NCBI RefSeq assembly: GCF_001194135.2
Contig: NC_068983.1
Span: 156,183,928 to 156,219,057, forward strand
Reading direction: 5' to 3'
DNA: 35,130 bases
DNA from: Octopus bimaculoides
Lineage: Eukaryota
A program made the position numbers and the translations under genes. Shown here piece by piece: positions 35,061 to 35,130 of this stretch. The notes below the pieces were generated by a model. That model saw nothing but the letters and a program-made list of their open reading frames with translations, had not been told where the DNA came from and searched no databases. The stretch's first letter is position 1; the number at the start of each line of letters is the position of its first letter.

Positions 35061-35130
35061 CCTCTTTCGCTCTCTGTATAGACACTCAGTAGAGAGAGCG
35101 GTAATAACAGATGACACAGGAATATACATA

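Noticed and set aside
468-35129. ORFs rich in CV/HT/YI/SL/poly-L/poly-I
   Set aside because: They are translations of di-, tri- and tetranucleotide microsatellites.

Overview
AT-rich, microsatellite-dense animal genomic DNA from a gapped draft assembly (12 N-runs, about 3.7 kb). The repeat landscape looks like a coleoid cephalopod such as Octopus; this is an inference from composition and recalled SINE sequences, not a search. No complete protein-coding gene, rRNA, intact tRNA gene or CRISPR array is supportable, and almost all ORF-track entries are microsatellite or N-gap artefacts. The window holds about 20 fragments of four SINE-like families (my labels A-D), two clear LINE remnants, and one end of a pogo/Tigger-like DNA transposon. 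The LINE remnants are an R4/Dong-like restriction-like-endonuclease element (21.4-22.6 kb) and a CR1-group C-terminus (27.9-28.4 kb); a few fainter RT relics are also present. Most notable: (1) the R4-like LINE has a 5' inversion with twin-priming geometry, (2) a decayed Penelope-type minimal hammerhead ribozyme motif at 54-101, (3) a perfect 15-bp hairpin at 966-999, (4) SINE 3' stem-loops with a compensatory change and a head-to-tail SINE chain in (ATT)n runs, and (5) exact duplications across two gaps that are probably assembly artefacts.
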